Part shown: positions 62,978 through 64,000 of the stretch, piece after piece
Position numbering within the stretch: position 1 is the first letter of the stretch
Layout: each line of letters starts with the position of its first letter
NCBI GenBank assembly: GCA_051294905.1
Contig: CM119372.1
Coordinates: 38,132,001 to 38,196,000 of the forward strand
Length of the DNA: 64,000 nt
Direction: 5' to 3'
Origin: Botryllus schlosseri
Lineage: Eukaryota
Notes under the pieces: generated by a model
What the model was told of the DNA's origin: nothing
What the model saw: the letters and a program-made list of their open reading frames with translations, nothing else
Databases searched by the model: none
Made by a program: the position numbers and the translations under genes

Positions 62978-63634
62978 ATGTGTACAGTCTTGCTAAGATG
63001 CACAGCACGGATTACTGGTTACTATTCGTTACGACATAATGCCTTGAAAGCTACGATCAGGGCAAAGTCTGTGAAATCGTTAGAACGATACATCAAAGAA
63101 AAGCAGCTACCGGTTGGTGACCACGGTGAATACGTGACTATCTACAATTACAAATACATAAAGCCGATCGCTATGCTGTCCAGAATGAAAGTGTCGCAAA
63201 CCATACTGTTTACTATTGTGTGCGCTGGAGCATGGACTTGTAATATACTCGGAGACGGTTTCGGCCAAAATGCGATGATTTGCGTTTCAGTAGGTGCCGC
63301 TCTCTCAATCACAGTTCTTTTTATGATCGCCCATTTTTCGAGGAGGCTTATCGGCATCGTCTGGTACGATCGGACAAGCATGAACGTGAAAATTGCGCAT
63401 TTGACATTCTGGGGCCGTAGGAAAGACACGGTTCACCCGATCTTGTCTCTGTCCGAAGCCGGAGACTTCAAAGAGGACTCAAGAAATCTATTCTTGAAAA
63501 TTAAAGTGCGCGGCAGCGAGCGATATTACTACTACAGTGTGCGACGTGGCGCTGTCGTCGAGAAACCAAAAACGTTTGTGCATGTGTTCGGTAGAACTCC
63601 GTATAATTTATATAAATTGTACAATAATCTTTGA
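62978..63634 (+). CDS. TMEM186: Transmembrane protein 186 (mitochondrial, TMEM70/186/223 family), 218 aa, intronless
   Basis: IYNYKYI...LSRMKVSQT, two hydrophobic helices, FSRRLIGIVWY...VKIAHLTFWGRRKD, F..VFG. Confidence 0.9.
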   Translation: MCTVLLRCTARITGYYSLRHNALKATIRAKSVKSLERYIKEKQLPVGDHGEYVTIYNYKYIKPIAMLSRMKVSQTILFTIVCAGAWTCNILGDGFGQNAMICVSVGAALSITVLFMIAHFSRRLIGIVWYDRTSMNVKIAHLTFWGRRKDTVHPILSLSEAGDFKEDSRNLFLKIKVRGSERYYYYSVRRGAVVEKPKTFVHVFGRTPYNLYKLYNNL

Positions 63635-64000
63635 TTCTCTGTAGAAGACAATTTGCATGTGATTGGTGCTGTTGGCATCAATCATTAAGTCTATTTCTGT
63701 TTCACACACAGCATCATGCTACCATGAACAGGTCAGAGGTCAGGGTTGGATTTATCTGCTATTTATAAATTTTTTCATATATTGATGATTTTTAATGGCC
63801 GTATTATTAGCGGTCGTACTTGAGCAGAAGTAGAAGTTACGTCGTAACTTTGTATTAGTTACAAGTAGAAGGCTTCGCAATTTCAAAGGCATGTACTTTA
63901 CTTTTAAAGTACTTATGAAATTGCAGGGTGCATGTTCGCGACTACGCAATAAATTGTAACCAACGGCACTACAAATGAGTGAAGCTTAATTTTTAGTAAT

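Overview
Eukaryotic animal DNA, probably an invertebrate chordate such as an ascidian (an inference from protein similarity and gene compactness, not proven). The window has two parts. (1) About 1-37.3 kb is transposon-dense: a 4-exon truncated Hop/STIP1-like gene (STI1/DP + one TPR domain) with MITE-filled introns, then a nest in which a Gypsy retrotransposon is split at a TTAA by a Kolobok-type element with ~290-bp TIRs, which contains a hAT derivative, which contains a nearly intact BEL/Pao retrotransposon. The Gypsy 3' LTR is joined tail-to-tail to a second LTR through a CCA-bearing 36-nt tRNA-Leu copy. (2) About 39.4-63.6 kb holds seven conserved housekeeping genes, all on the + strand: aPKC, HTATSF1, RRN3, PPP6C, GTPBP6, DTWD1, TMEM186. 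Six have intronless coding sequences, and most have a splice-acceptor-like AG just before the ATG (candidate trans-spliced operon or intron-loss cluster). The aPKC lacks its C1 domain. All family assignments come from motif recognition by eye; no searches were run.
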